Source: an uncultured bacterium
GTDB lineage: Bacteria; Fidelibacterota; Marinisomatia; Marinisomatales; UBA1611
Direction of reading: 5' to 3'
NCBI GenBank assembly: GCA_964561495.1
Contig: CAZLPW010000007.1
Coordinates: 1-61,844, forward strand
Length of the DNA stretch: 61,844 bases
The notes under the pieces were generated by a model. It saw only the letters and a list, made by a program, of their open reading frames with translations. It searched no databases and had not been told where the DNA came from. Positions 38,625 to 51,303 of this stretch are shown here, in pieces (position 1 is the first letter of the stretch; every line of letters starts with the position of its first letter). The position numbers were made by a program, and so were the translations under genes.

Positions 38625-40034
38625 CTAAACCTCAATGTTTTTCCAGTCGCCCTTTCGAATTTTCATAACCATAATTGTAGCAAATGTTATATAAATTGAT
38701 GGAAGTAAAGTAAAGGGGCCAACAAAACCTACTTTGAGATATACCCCGATGAACCAACTTCCTGGAATCATCACAAGCCAAATAAGCAAAGATTCAACAA
38801 GCGCAGGGAAAAAAGTGTTTCCAGCGCCAGACAATGCAAACCACAGGGTCATACCTATAGCATCAACAAACTGTAAAAACCCGACAACTCTTATTCCAAT
38901 AATTCCAAGGGCAATTATTTCGGGGTCGTTTGTAAATATCCTAAGAAAAAAAACAGGGAAAAGGACAAATAATATTCCCATGGTTCCCATTATATATTCA
39001 GAAATTCTTATAGATTCATATATGCTTGTTTCGGCTTTTGTTGTGTTTTTTTCTCCCATATGTTTTCCCACAAGAGTTGCACAGGCTTGTCCAACGCCAA
39101 TCGCGGGCATGAAAGAAGCGTGCATTATTACAAATACAAGCTCAGTTGTAGCCAGCTCTACTAACCCAATAATTCCCATTATTTTATAAAAAATACTCCA
39201 CCCAATAGCTATGGTGGTTTCTTGAAGCCCCATTGGAACAGCAAGACGAAGTTGTGTTTTCATCATTTTAATATTCAAAGAAAAAGAGAAAACGCGATAG
39301 TCTTCTCTCATCTTTTTATTAAAGAGATAAAAGGAGTAGTGCGCACACATAAACAAGGTTGACAGTAAGGTTGCAATTGCCGCACCTTTTACTCCAAGAG
39401 CTGGAAAAGGCAACCAACTCCAAAGACCAGACAACAAAGTCAATCCTGGTAGTTTTGTGTCAATCAAGGCTTTAACCCCCTCTGACCCATAAATAAGACC
39501 CGCATTTAAATAAACATTTAGAAAGTTACTTGCTATTGTTACAACCAGATGTGGTTTGGTTTTTTCAATTCCAGTTAAAAACCCCACAAAAACAAAACTT
39601 ATTGCAGAAAAAATTATACTCAAAAAAACAATACTGGTATATTCGATGGTTAGAGGTGTTGCTATTTCATCTTTTATAAAAAAAGGAACTATGTTTTTTG
39701 AAAAAAGCATTCCAAAAACAGAAACTGGAACACCATAGAAAAGCGCCATAATTAAGCCGTTGTGAAAAGCGGTTCCACACTCTTTTTTTCGTTTTTGACC
39801 AACCCGTCTAGATGTAATTGTTTGAACCGCCGTTCGAACACCTAAAACAACACTTAGAGCGCCCCAGGTTAACATTCCACCCATTCCCGTTGCTGCAATC
39901 GCTTCTTTTCCGAGCCGGCCAACCATAGCGATATCTACAATGCTCATTAAAACCCGGCTTAGGTTGCTAAGGATTATTGGAAGCGCCAATAAAAAAACTT
40001 CTTTAGAAATCTGTTTATCTTTGGGTAAAAACAA
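38625..40034 (-). CDS. MATE-family efflux transporter
   Basis: LALPIIL, VDIAMVGRLG and LGVKGAAIAT motifs; about 12 hydrophobic segments. Confidence 0.92.
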   Translation of the reverse strand: MFLPKDKQISKEVFLLALPIILSNLSRVLMSIVDIAMVGRLGKEAIAATGMGGMLTWGALSVVLGVRTAVQTITSRRVGQKRKKECGTAFHNGLIMALFYGVPVSVFGMLFSKNIVPFFIKDEIATPLTIEYTSIVFLSIIFSAISFVFVGFLTGIEKTKPHLVVTIASNFLNVYLNAGLIYGSEGVKALIDTKLPGLTLLSGLWSWLPFPALGVKGAAIATLLSTLFMCAHYSFYLFNKKMREDYRVFSFSLNIKMMKTQLRLAVPMGLQETTIAIGWSIFYKIMGIIGLVELATTELVFVIMHASFMPAIGVGQACATLVGKHMGEKNTTKAETSIYESIRISEYIMGTMGILFVLFPVFFLRIFTNDPEIIALGIIGIRVVGFLQFVDAIGMTLWFALSGAGNTFFPALVESLLIWLVMIPGSWFIGVYLKVGFVGPFTLLPSIYITFATIMVMKIRKGDWKNIEV

Positions 40035-40050
40035 ACTTTAAATGACTTTT

Positions 40051-40305
40051 TTAAAGTTCAAGAATTGAAATTTTTTTTGTTTTTAAAAAACCTTTTGTTT
40101 TACTACATATAGGCGCATTTGTAAGCAGCGCTATTTTTTGTTCTTTGTCGTTTTTTTTTATTTTTTCTGCAATATCAACAAATCTTAAACCGTCCTTCAT
40201 TATAATGCGACTTTTTCGTCTGGCTTTTATCAAAACTTTGTTTTTTTCTTTATATAGTGTTATTCTTTTTGGAAGACCAAACTTTTGTGGATCTATTTTT
40301 ATCAT
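40051..40305 (-). CDS. Small basic hypothetical protein
   Basis: 84 aa ORF filling the gap upstream of MATE on the same strand; KSRIIMKDG...APICSKT pattern. Confidence 0.6.
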   Translation of the reverse strand: MIKIDPQKFGLPKRITLYKEKNKVLIKARRKSRIIMKDGLRFVDIAEKIKKNDKEQKIALLTNAPICSKTKGFLKTKKISILEL

Positions 40306-40372
40306 AACTATTCTGTGCTTTTTTAAAAGTTTTTGTTAAAATTTTATCCAACAAAGTTAGGTTTTAAAAGCC

Positions 40373-41275
40373 ATTAGACACATTATCAAATCGCAAGAGG
40401 TTGATAACGCCCTTAAAAACAACCAACCCGTTTTGGCGCTTGAATCAACAATAATTACACATGGCATGCCATACCCAGATAATTTAAAGTTTGCTAATAA
40501 ATCTGAGAGTATTTGTAGGAAACTTGGCGTTACTCCTGCAACAATTGGTATAATAGACGGTTGTGTTTGTGTTGGGCTTTCTTTTGATCAACTTGCTTTT
40601 ATTTGCAATAATAAAAAAAATCAAAAAATATCTCGCCGTGACATTGGTGTTGCAATTACAAATCGCTGGTCAGGTGGAACAACCGTTTCAGCTACAATGC
40701 AAATTTCATACAACGTAGGGATTCGGGTTTTTTCTACTGGCGGGATTGGTGGTGTACATCGAGGGTTTAATAAAAGCCTTGATGTTTCTCAAGACCTCCT
40801 TTCTCTAAAAGAAACACCTATGATTGTTATCTCTTCTGGAGCAAAGGCAATACTAGACATTGGAAAAACAATAGAAAATCTAGAAACAAATGGTGTTGTT
40901 GTTTTAGGTTATGGAACAAATACGTTTTCGGCTTTTTATTCTAGGAAAACAGCTTTTAAAATTCAACGAGTTAATGCTATAAAAAAAATTGTGGAAACGT
41001 TTAAAAACCACATTTCTTTTGGTTTGTCCTCTTCCGTTTTGGTATCAAACCCGATACCAAAGAAACACAATATTTCCACACAAGAAATCGAACAAACCAT
41101 ACAAAATGCACTTAAGAAAGCATCTGATTTACAAGTTTATGGTAAAAACCTAACTCCTTTTTTGCTAAATAGCATATTAACTCAATCTAAAGGACGTTCT
41201 CTTGTGGCAAACAAATCTTTAGCTTTAAACAACGTTAGACTTGGTGCAAAAATTTCCCACGCGCTTTCAAACTAA
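40373..41275 (+). CDS. psuG: Pseudouridine-5'-phosphate glycosidase
   Basis: ALESTIITHGMPYP, TTVSATM, TGGIGGVHRG, DVSQDL, GAKAILD and GKNLTPFLL motifs. The conserved EV..AL...PV segment lies upstream of TTG 40433 (frame open from 40361), so the start is uncertain. Confidence 0.92.
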   Translation: MRHIIKSQEVDNALKNNQPVLALESTIITHGMPYPDNLKFANKSESICRKLGVTPATIGIIDGCVCVGLSFDQLAFICNNKKNQKISRRDIGVAITNRWSGGTTVSATMQISYNVGIRVFSTGGIGGVHRGFNKSLDVSQDLLSLKETPMIVISSGAKAILDIGKTIENLETNGVVVLGYGTNTFSAFYSRKTAFKIQRVNAIKKIVETFKNHISFGLSSSVLVSNPIPKKHNISTQEIEQTIQNALKKASDLQVYGKNLTPFLLNSILTQSKGRSLVANKSLALNNVRLGAKISHALSN

Positions 41276-41964
41276 GTTTTTCGTTGCCCAAACAAAACAG
41301 TGCCAAGCCTAATCATTGTTGAACCTTCTTCTATCGCAATTTCAAAATCCGAACTCATGCCCATAGAAAGTTCCTGCATTTTTAATTCTGGTTTTTGAAT
41401 ATTTAACTTTTCTAATAAAAGCCTTAATGTATAAAAAGACTTTCTTGTTTTTTCCTGATCTTGGGTAAAAGGAGCCATTGTCATTAATCCCTGAACTTGA
41501 ATATTTGGAAGCTCTGTACACAACAACATTTCGTTTGTTTCTTCAGGTTTAAACCCAAACTTTCTTTTTTCTTCGCTCGTCTTCACTTCTAAGAGTACTG
41601 GAATTTTTTTCTCAATAACATTTGCTCTGTTAGATATTTTTTTCGCTAATCTAAATGAGTGAACAGAGTCTATTGTATCAAAAACATCAAGGCACTTGTT
41701 AACTTTATTTGATTGTAAATGTCCAATAAATCGCTTGGTCAAACCTGGAAGGTTTTGTGTTTTTATTTCTCTAATTTTTTTTTCACCCTCTTGAACTCTG
41801 TTTTCACCTATATGTCGCAGTCCGATGTTATACGAAGAAGCAATAACAGATGCGGGGTGGTTTTTGGTGACAGCTACTATCTCAACTGTTTTATTATAAT
41901 TAGACCTGTCTTTTGCAGAAACAATTCGCGATAAAACACTTTTTAGGTTGTTTTTATCTATCAT
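41272..41964 (-). CDS. yggS: PLP homeostasis protein, YggS/PROSC family
   Basis: [34 protein letters not shown] and RLGT motifs. Confidence 0.94.
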   Translation of the reverse strand: MIDKNNLKSVLSRIVSAKDRSNYNKTVEIVAVTKNHPASVIASSYNIGLRHIGENRVQEGEKKIREIKTQNLPGLTKRFIGHLQSNKVNKCLDVFDTIDSVHSFRLAKKISNRANVIEKKIPVLLEVKTSEEKRKFGFKPEETNEMLLCTELPNIQVQGLMTMAPFTQDQEKTRKSFYTLRLLLEKLNIQKPELKMQELSMGMSSDFEIAIEEGSTMIRLGTVLFGQRKT

Positions 41965-44453
41965 TGGTTTTCTTCTGTTTTTTCAGGCTCCTCTTCAATT
42001 TTTTTTAATTCTGTTGCAGGTTCTTCTTCACTTATCACTCTCGTTATAGAAGATATAGTTGTTCCATCGTCTAACTTAACCAAACGAACACCCTGTGTCA
42101 CTCTACCAATCGTTCTAATGTCTGCTACTGGCTGTCTCATTAACACACCTGAGTCTGTAATAACAATTAAATCATCAGAGTCAACCACCTCCATTATTTT
42201 CACCATTTTACCTGTTTTGTCTGTACAGCGCATTGTCATCACGCCTTTTCCTCCTCTGGTTTGAGTTCTGTATTGTAGAACATCTGTACGTTTACCATAT
42301 CCTTTTTCTGTTGCAACTAAAACAGTCCCTTCCCTTTTTACAACCAACATACCAACAAGATAGTCTTCTTTTGAACTTAATGTTATTCCTTTTACGCCCA
42401 TTGTTTTTCTTCCACTTGGTCGAATGTTTGATTCTGAGAAACGGATAGATTTTCCCTCTCTTGTACCAAGTAAAATGTCATGTTCTCCGTTTGTTATTCG
42501 AGCCTCTATGAGTTTGTCTTTATCTCTTATTTCAATAGCATAAATTCCACCTTTTCTTGGCTTTCCGTATGCTGATAAAACGGTTTTCTTTATTATGCCG
42601 TTTCGAGTCGCCATAACAATATAATGGTTATCATCAAACTCCTTTACACTAACAAACGCCTCAACCTTTTCACCTGGATCACAACCAATTAAATTAACAA
42701 TCGCCCTTCCTCGCGTTGCTCTTCCGCCCTGTGGAATATCATAAACCTTTAACCAATAACACTTTCCCTGGTCTGTAAAAAAAAGCATGTGGTTATGTGT
42801 GTTAGCAATAAAAAGATGTTCAACAAAATCTTCTTCTTTACTAGCGGCCCCTTGTACACCTCGACCCCCTCTTCTTTGTGTTCTATATGTGTTTAACGCT
42901 GTTCTTTTAATATAGCCTTTGTGCGTTATTGTTAAAACAACCTCTTCTTCTGCAATCATGTCTTCCATAGAAAACTCTGTGTCTACTGGAATGATTTCTG
43001 TTCTCCGCTCATCTCCATATCTGTCTCTAATATCAATTATTTCGTTTTTTATTATTTCCATCCGCTGGTTTTTGTTTTCTAGAATTCCCTTAAAATGAGA
43101 AATTAATTTTATTAATTCTTTATATTCTTCGACAACCTTATCAACCTCAAGACCTGTTAGCTTTTGAAGCCTCATGTCTAATATTGCTTGTGCCTGAATT
43201 TCTGAAAGATTAAATCCATTCATCAGGCCTTCTTTCGCAGAGGCGGGGTCTTTACTTCCTCTAATTATGGAAATTATTTCATCAATATTATCTAGAGCTA
43301 TTTTAAGCCCCTCTAGTATATGAGCTCGCGCCTCTGCTTGTCTCAGTTCAAACTTTGTGCGCCTAACAACAACATCATGGCGAAAATCAATAAAATGATT
43401 TAAAACAGTTTTTATTGGCATTATTTTTGGAACACCGTTTACAAGAGCCAAAAGAATAATACCAAAAGTGTCTTGCAGTTGCGTTTGTTTATAAAGCTGG
43501 TTTAAAATAACCTCTGGAACAGCATCCCTTTTTGTTTCTACGACAACGCGAATACCATCTTTATCAGATTCATCTCTAAGGTCTGTTATTCCTATAATTT
43601 TTTTATCGCGCACCAAATCTGCGATTTTTTCAACAAGGTTTGATTTGTTAGTTTGATATGGGACTTCAGTAATAACAATGCTTTCCTTGCCGCTTTTTGC
43701 TGTTTCAATGTGGGCCCTGGCTCGCATTTTAATTTTTCCTCGTCCTGTGTTATAGGCCTCTTTTAAACCGTCTAACCCTAAAATAATACCTGCAGTTGGA
43801 AAATCTGGTCCTTTAATGTGTTCCATGAGTTCGTTTGTTGATATAGCTTCATTATCAATGATAGATATTAACCCATTTGATATTTCGGTTAGGTTGTGGG
43901 GGGGGATTTTTGTAGCCATTCCAACAGCTATTCCCTCTGAGCCATTTATCAAAAGAGTTGGAACAATTGATGGTAAAACGCTTGGTTCTTTTAGCGTTTC
44001 ATCAAAGTTTTCTTCCCAATCCACTGTGTCTTTTTCGAGGTCTTTTAACATCTCACCAGAAAGACGCGTCATTCTAGACTCTGTGTAACGCATTGCAGCT
44101 GCGTTATCACCATCAATAGAACCGAAGTTTCCTTGCCCGTCTACAAGCTCATACCTCATTGAAAATGTTTGGGCCATTCTAACTAAAGCATCATATATAG
44201 AACCGTCTCCATGTGGATGATATTTTCCCAAAACATCACCAACAATACGGGCTGATTTTTTATATGGTCTGTTCCAATTAGAGCTTAGCTCACTCATTCC
44301 ATATAATATTCTTCTATGAACAGGCTTAAGACCGTCTCTAACGTCTGGCAAAGCCCGAGACACAATAACCGACATAGAATAATTTAAATAGCTCTCTTTC
44401 ATTTCTTCAACAATGTCTCTAGGTAGTGTGTTGTCTCTGTTTGAATCGTTCAT
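41961..44453 (-). CDS. gyrA: DNA gyrase subunit A
   Basis: [29 protein letters not shown] and GyrA-box QRRGGRG. Confidence 0.98.
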   Translation of the reverse strand: MNDSNRDNTLPRDIVEEMKESYLNYSMSVIVSRALPDVRDGLKPVHRRILYGMSELSSNWNRPYKKSARIVGDVLGKYHPHGDGSIYDALVRMAQTFSMRYELVDGQGNFGSIDGDNAAAMRYTESRMTRLSGEMLKDLEKDTVDWEENFDETLKEPSVLPSIVPTLLINGSEGIAVGMATKIPPHNLTEISNGLISIIDNEAISTNELMEHIKGPDFPTAGIILGLDGLKEAYNTGRGKIKMRARAHIETAKSGKESIVITEVPYQTNKSNLVEKIADLVRDKKIIGITDLRDESDKDGIRVVVETKRDAVPEVILNQLYKQTQLQDTFGIILLALVNGVPKIMPIKTVLNHFIDFRHDVVVRRTKFELRQAEARAHILEGLKIALDNIDEIISIIRGSKDPASAKEGLMNGFNLSEIQAQAILDMRLQKLTGLEVDKVVEEYKELIKLISHFKGILENKNQRMEIIKNEIIDIRDRYGDERRTEIIPVDTEFSMEDMIAEEEVVLTITHKGYIKRTALNTYRTQRRGGRGVQGAASKEEDFVEHLFIANTHNHMLFFTDQGKCYWLKVYDIPQGGRATRGRAIVNLIGCDPGEKVEAFVSVKEFDDNHYIVMATRNGIIKKTVLSAYGKPRKGGIYAIEIRDKDKLIEARITNGEHDILLGTREGKSIRFSESNIRPSGRKTMGVKGITLSSKEDYLVGMLVVKREGTVLVATEKGYGKRTDVLQYRTQTRGGKGVMTMRCTDKTGKMVKIMEVVDSDDLIVITDSGVLMRQPVADIRTIGRVTQGVRLVKLDDGTTISSITRVISEEEPATELKKIEEEPEKTEENQ

Positions 44454-44466
44454 TTTTTTTCCATTT

Positions 44467-46708
<2,242 letters not shown>

Positions 46709-46709
<1 letters not shown>

Positions 46710-47797
46710 TAATTACCAAGGTGGTGCATTTGATGCTTTATGTTTTTTGTGAGAAAGCCACTTTTTTCAAGATTTATTATGTCTGTAGTTGTTATAATTG
46801 TTTGAAACTTGTTTTTGTTTTTTTTGTTTAGTTCTTCTAACACCTCAACGGTTCTTTTGCTTTTTTCCAGATCCAGAGTTGCAAACAAATCATCCATCAT
46901 AAAAACAGGGGTTTCTTTTGTTTCGTTCATTAAAAACTGTAGTTCTGCAAGCTTTAATAAAACAAGATATATTTTGTTTTCACCTTGCGAACAGTGCGTT
47001 TTTGTGTTTTTTTTAAACCAGGTAAAATTAATGTTGTCGCGGTGTGGCCCCTTTGTTGTTCTTTTGTTTTCAATGTCTCTTTTTAGATTTTTAAATAGGG
47101 TTTCTTTGTATTTTTTGTTTGTTAAAACATTGTTTAAATAGCCTATTTTTACTTTTGTTTTTTTGTCAAACATTTCTGAAATATAATAAAAAACATGGCT
47201 GAATTTTTCAATTTGTTTTTGTCTGAGGCTCCAGAGCTTTGTACCACAATCAGAAAGGCTGTTGATCCAGGCTTCTTGTTCTTTTCTGTTTTGCAGAAGA
47301 AGAGAAGCATTCCTTTGCTTTAGGGTTTTATTATATTTTTGTAATAAAATAATATATTCGTATGAAACAGTAGAAAAAACTCTATCAAAAAACTGTCTGC
47401 GTGTCAAAGGGGGGCCTGTTGTTATTTTTTGTTCTTCTGGGGATAAAACAACAACAGGATTTCTTCCTATTATCTCTTTTCTGTTGCTAATTGTTTTTCC
47501 ATTAAGCTTTATTTTTTGCCCATCGTAGTTTGAAACACTAACTGCTATTTTATCTTTTTTTTGTTTATTGTTTAAAAAGGAACCAACAACAACCAGGTTA
47601 TCCGATTTGCTGTTAATCAACTCTTTTTGTTTGTGTGTTTTAAAACTTTTTCCTATTGATATTAAATTAATTGCTTCCAACACTGTTGTTTTTCCTGAGC
47701 CATTTTTACCAAAAAAAATTGTGAGGTTTGGGTTAAACCCAAACTCAGAATTTTTGTGTATTCTAACAGAATTAAGCTTAATTGTTTGAATGCCCAA
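46709..47797 (-). CDS. recF: DNA replication and repair protein RecF (divergent)
   Basis: GKNGSGKT, RRQFFD, KQRNA, GPHRD, SQGE and MDDLFATLD motifs; downstream of dnaN. Confidence 0.92.
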
Positions 47798-47821
47798 AAA
47801 CTTGTATTTTAAATCTTAAAA

Positions 47822-48934
47822 TCAGTTGTTCAACCTAATCGGCATTAGCAACATTGTGTTTTCTTCGTTTTTTTCTTTTTCAGAAGAACTAAATAGCGCA
47901 GCTGTAACAGATGAGCCAAACTTTATTGTTATTTCTTCTCCTTGAACATGAGAAACTATGTCTTTTAAATATTCTGCGTTGTAACCAATTCTGATTTCTT
48001 CTCCTTGGTATGCTGCTAATATTGACTCTTTTGCTTTAGAAGATCTTTCTGGATCTTCGGTTGTAACTTCACAACCGTCCGTGGAAAGGTTTAATGCAAC
48101 CTGGTGGGTAGACCTGTTAGAAAAAATAGAAACTCTCCTAATAGCACCTAAAAGATCTTTTTTGTTAATATTTAATATTTTGTTATTGTCTTTTGGGATA
48201 ACAACTTCATAATCAGGAAAAACTTCATCTATTAGTCTTGTAATTATATTTTCTTTTCCCTGTGTTGCTTTGAGCGTGTTGTTTCCAAAACCAAGAACCA
48301 AATCACCCTCTCCTGTCTGAGCTAAAATAAAAGATAAAAACTTTTTTGGAATAATTATGTTTTTTATTTCTTCACTTGTATTGGTTTTTTTTTGAATGTG
48401 TTTTACTAGCCTGTGTCCATCTGTAGAAACGGCAGTTATTTTATCCTTTTTTATATCAAAACAAACACCCGACAAGGAAGGCTTTAGCTCGTCTTTACTA
48501 ACAGCAAAAAGAGTTGATTCTATTATTTTTTTAAGCAAACCCAACGATATCTTCATTGTTTCGTTTTCATTGTGTTGTATTCCCTCAGGAAATTCTTCCG
48601 CAGGGCTTCCCATAAGATCATATTCTCCAAAATCTGTATTTATTACTGTTTTGTTCTTTTCGTTTGTTTCAAGAGTTATTCTTGTTTCAGGTAACTCAGA
48701 TGTTATATTTAAAAGAGTTTTTAGAGAAATACAGATAGCGCCCTCTTCTTCAACGCTAACTGGTATTTTTGACTCTATTGCTATTTCTAAATCTGTTGAT
48801 CGAAGCAGCGCCTCAGTTCCTTCTATTTTTATAAAAACAGAATTTAATATTGGAAGAGTTGATCTTGTTGGAATTGCTTTTGCTAATTTTTGTAGTGCTT
48901 TTTGTAATTCGGTTTTGGATGTGGAAAATTTCAT
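47822..48934 (-). CDS. dnaN: DNA polymerase III beta clamp
   Basis: STLPIL, STDLEI, VSTDGHRL, FPDYEVVIP, IGYNAEYL and LLMPIR motifs. Confidence 0.97.
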   Translation of the reverse strand: MKFSTSKTELQKALQKLAKAIPTRSTLPILNSVFIKIEGTEALLRSTDLEIAIESKIPVSVEEEGAICISLKTLLNITSELPETRITLETNEKNKTVINTDFGEYDLMGSPAEEFPEGIQHNENETMKISLGLLKKIIESTLFAVSKDELKPSLSGVCFDIKKDKITAVSTDGHRLVKHIQKKTNTSEEIKNIIIPKKFLSFILAQTGEGDLVLGFGNNTLKATQGKENIITRLIDEVFPDYEVVIPKDNNKILNINKKDLLGAIRRVSIFSNRSTHQVALNLSTDGCEVTTEDPERSSKAKESILAAYQGEEIRIGYNAEYLKDIVSHVQGEEITIKFGSSVTAALFSSSEKEKNEENTMLLMPIRLNN

Positions 48935-49241
48935 TTTTAACCTATATAAAAAACGTTTGTTTATATTATTTAATTAGGTAGTTAAAGATACCAAAAACAA
49001 AAATTTTTTAAAACTCTTTTCTATTAAATAAAAACTTATTATTTAATTAATTTATTATTATTATGTTTTGTTAATATGTTAATAAAATATTTTTAATTTT
49101 AATAAAAATATAATTGTTCATATTTATACCTTTTAAATTAAAGTAAAACATTATGTTAATAAATTTTTAAAAATATTAACAACTGCCTTTTTTACCCAAA
49201 TAAAAACATAAAAAAACTAAAAAAATATTATTAACAAATAA
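48935..49241. other. Candidate oriC: extremely AT-rich non-coding region with repeated DnaA-box-like 9-mers
   Basis: TGTTAATAA at 49077 and 49154, inverted copy TTATTAACA at 49228; variants TGTTAATAT 49069, TGTTCATAT 49115 and ATATTAACA 49173; (TTA)4 run near 49052; immediately upstream of dnaN. Confidence 0.6.
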
Positions 49242-50504
49242 TTAACTATTTATTATTTTTATAAAGAATTTCTTTCTAGCCTTTTCAATCCACTCCTGGT
49301 ACCAGTCCATCTTTTTTTTGTTTAAAGCTATTTCCTCCAGCTGTGGCCAATTATTATTTGGGTCTGGCTTTCCACCTTTTTTTATGTTTTCCATCCACAA
49401 CAAATGAAAACCAAAAGAAGTGTTAATAGGAGGGCTACAGGAGTTTAACTCTATATATTTAATAGCTTTTCCAATTTCTGGAATAGGATAATTTTCGGGT
49501 GTTATCCAACCCAGATCTCCTCCAATCTCTTTTGTGGTTTTATCGACAGAGTGATTTTTTACCATTTTTTTAAAGTCAGTTAAATTTTTAATTGAGTCTT
49601 TTATTGTATTAGATAAATTGAAGGCTCTTTCTGTGTCGTCACTATCAATTTCTGGTTTAATAAGTATGTGACGAACCTTTATTTTTTCGCCTTTTTTATC
49701 CAGCGTTTCAATCAGGTGATATCCGAAACTTGTTTTTACGGGTTCGCTAACCACATTTTGTTTTAAGGTAAAGGCGGTTGTCTCGAATTCTTTTACCAGC
49801 TCTCCTCTTCGTACCCAGCCCAGCTCACCGCCGTTGTTTTTTGATGGGTCAATTGAGTAAGCAGAAGCTAAATCAGAAAAAGATTCACCATTAACTATCT
49901 TTTCTTTTATTGATTTTAATAAAGACACCGTTTTTTCTTCTTTCTCTTTTGTTGGTTTAACAGGAATTTGTATGTGTCTAACCTTTACTGTCATAGGAAA
50001 AGAAGGAAGACTGTCCTTATATGTTTTATAAAAATCCAAAACCTGGTTTCTTGATATTGTTATTTTACTAATTAGTTGTTGCTGATATCTTTCTGATATA
50101 AGTCTTTCTTGCATATCATACCAAAACTCACGTCTAAAAGACTTTATACTTTGGCCTAAAACCTGCTCTGCCTTTTTTTCTCCCCCAGCTTGAGCTATTA
50201 GGTTTTGTATTTGTTGGTCAATTGCATTATCTACTTCTTTTTCTCCAACAACAACGGAATCAATTTCAGCCATTTCCAATAAAATTTTTTGATCAACCAT
50301 AGATTGTAAGATGTTTTTTTGTAAAGAGATAAACAGCTCGGGGTTTTTTTGTGGATCTATTCTTTGTTGGACAAGGGTCATGTTAATAAGCTGGGCCAGG
50401 TCTGTTTTTAAAATAATATGTTCTTCAACAACAGCCGCAACTCCATCAATTATTTCATTTTGGTTAGAAAAAACTAAAGAAAAAATAAAAATTAATTTTT
50501 TCAT
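49242..50504 (-). CDS. surA: SurA-like periplasmic chaperone/PPIase with two parvulin domains
   Basis: IDGVAAVV N-domain; twice VRHI...S.D....GG.LGW...P..T.FG.H. Confidence 0.85.
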   Translation of the reverse strand: MKKLIFIFSLVFSNQNEIIDGVAAVVEEHIILKTDLAQLINMTLVQQRIDPQKNPELFISLQKNILQSMVDQKILLEMAEIDSVVVGEKEVDNAIDQQIQNLIAQAGGEKKAEQVLGQSIKSFRREFWYDMQERLISERYQQQLISKITISRNQVLDFYKTYKDSLPSFPMTVKVRHIQIPVKPTKEKEEKTVSLLKSIKEKIVNGESFSDLASAYSIDPSKNNGGELGWVRRGELVKEFETTAFTLKQNVVSEPVKTSFGYHLIETLDKKGEKIKVRHILIKPEIDSDDTERAFNLSNTIKDSIKNLTDFKKMVKNHSVDKTTKEIGGDLGWITPENYPIPEIGKAIKYIELNSCSPPINTSFGFHLLWMENIKKGGKPDPNNNWPQLEEIALNKKKMDWYQEWIEKARKKFFIKIINS

Positions 50505-50505
50505 T

Positions 50506-51297
50506 TTAATTATACTCCGAGTTTATAAAAACATTGTATGCGTTTTTTAAACTGTCTAATACTTTTGTTTTTTTTGTGAGTTGTTTTTGTTTTATTATTC
50601 TTTGATAAATTTCATCGTAGGCATCATCCAGACCAATAAGAGAGCCCTTTTTGTATCTTTTTACTACCTCTATAACATGGTATTTATCAAAAAACAAAAG
50701 AGGCTTTAGAACACCAATTTTTTTGTTATTAAAAATGTGGTCATTAATTTTTTTTGGTACTCGCCCGCTTTTTATTTTTTTTAAAGAGACCTCGTATTTA
50801 ATAAACAAACTATCCAGCGCAAAGCCAGAATCTTTTTTTCTAAGTTTTTTTTGAAGAATTCTTGCTTCATTATTAGAAGAGACCGAAAAGTGATAAACCA
50901 AAGCCTCGTCGTTTAGCCGAGAAAAAGAAAGTTTGTTTTTATCATAATATTTTTTTATTTCTTTTTTAGAAACAAGGTCAGGTAAAAAAGTTTTGGTTTC
51001 TAAAAAAGTTTCGCCAACGAGTTGCTTAAAATACTTTTCTTTCATTTCGTTTAAAAAAAGATCATTATGAAGGTTTGCTTTTTTTGCCTCTTCAAACAAA
51101 ACAGTTTGGTTTACCCAGTCATTAATATAGCTTTTAATTTGGTTTGTGTTTCTTTGTTTTGGCTTTAGGTCTTTTTCCAAGTTTTTGATGGTAAGTTCTT
51201 TGTCTTTAACTCGAGCAATAACAAAACCTGGCTCGCTCTTGTTCTTTTCACAATTGTAAAAACAAAATAAAAGTAAAATAAGGAAAAAAGATTTCAT
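50506..51297 (-). CDS. PPIase/SurA-associated lipoprotein (degenerate parvulin-like)
   Basis: Lipobox-like FYNC; VIARV...L and INDWVNQTVLFEEA pattern typical of the gene upstream of surA in FCB bacteria. Confidence 0.55.
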   Translation of the reverse strand: MKSFFLILLLFCFYNCEKNKSEPGFVIARVKDKELTIKNLEKDLKPKQRNTNQIKSYINDWVNQTVLFEEAKKANLHNDLFLNEMKEKYFKQLVGETFLETKTFLPDLVSKKEIKKYYDKNKLSFSRLNDEALVYHFSVSSNNEARILQKKLRKKDSGFALDSLFIKYEVSLKKIKSGRVPKKINDHIFNNKKIGVLKPLLFFDKYHVIEVVKRYKKGSLIGLDDAYDEIYQRIIKQKQLTKKTKVLDSLKNAYNVFINSEYN

Positions 51298-51303
51298 GTT
51301 TTT

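Noticed and set aside
48396-48977. 193 aa plus-strand ORF, and similar antisense ORFs (e.g. 716-1144, 19264-19761, 38734-39189, 35458-35877)
   Set aside because: Shadow frames opposite well-conserved genes; S/F/I-rich, no motifs
48935-49241. Repeated 9-mers as a CRISPR array or tandem repeat
   Set aside because: Too short, irregularly spaced, in both orientations, and no cas genes
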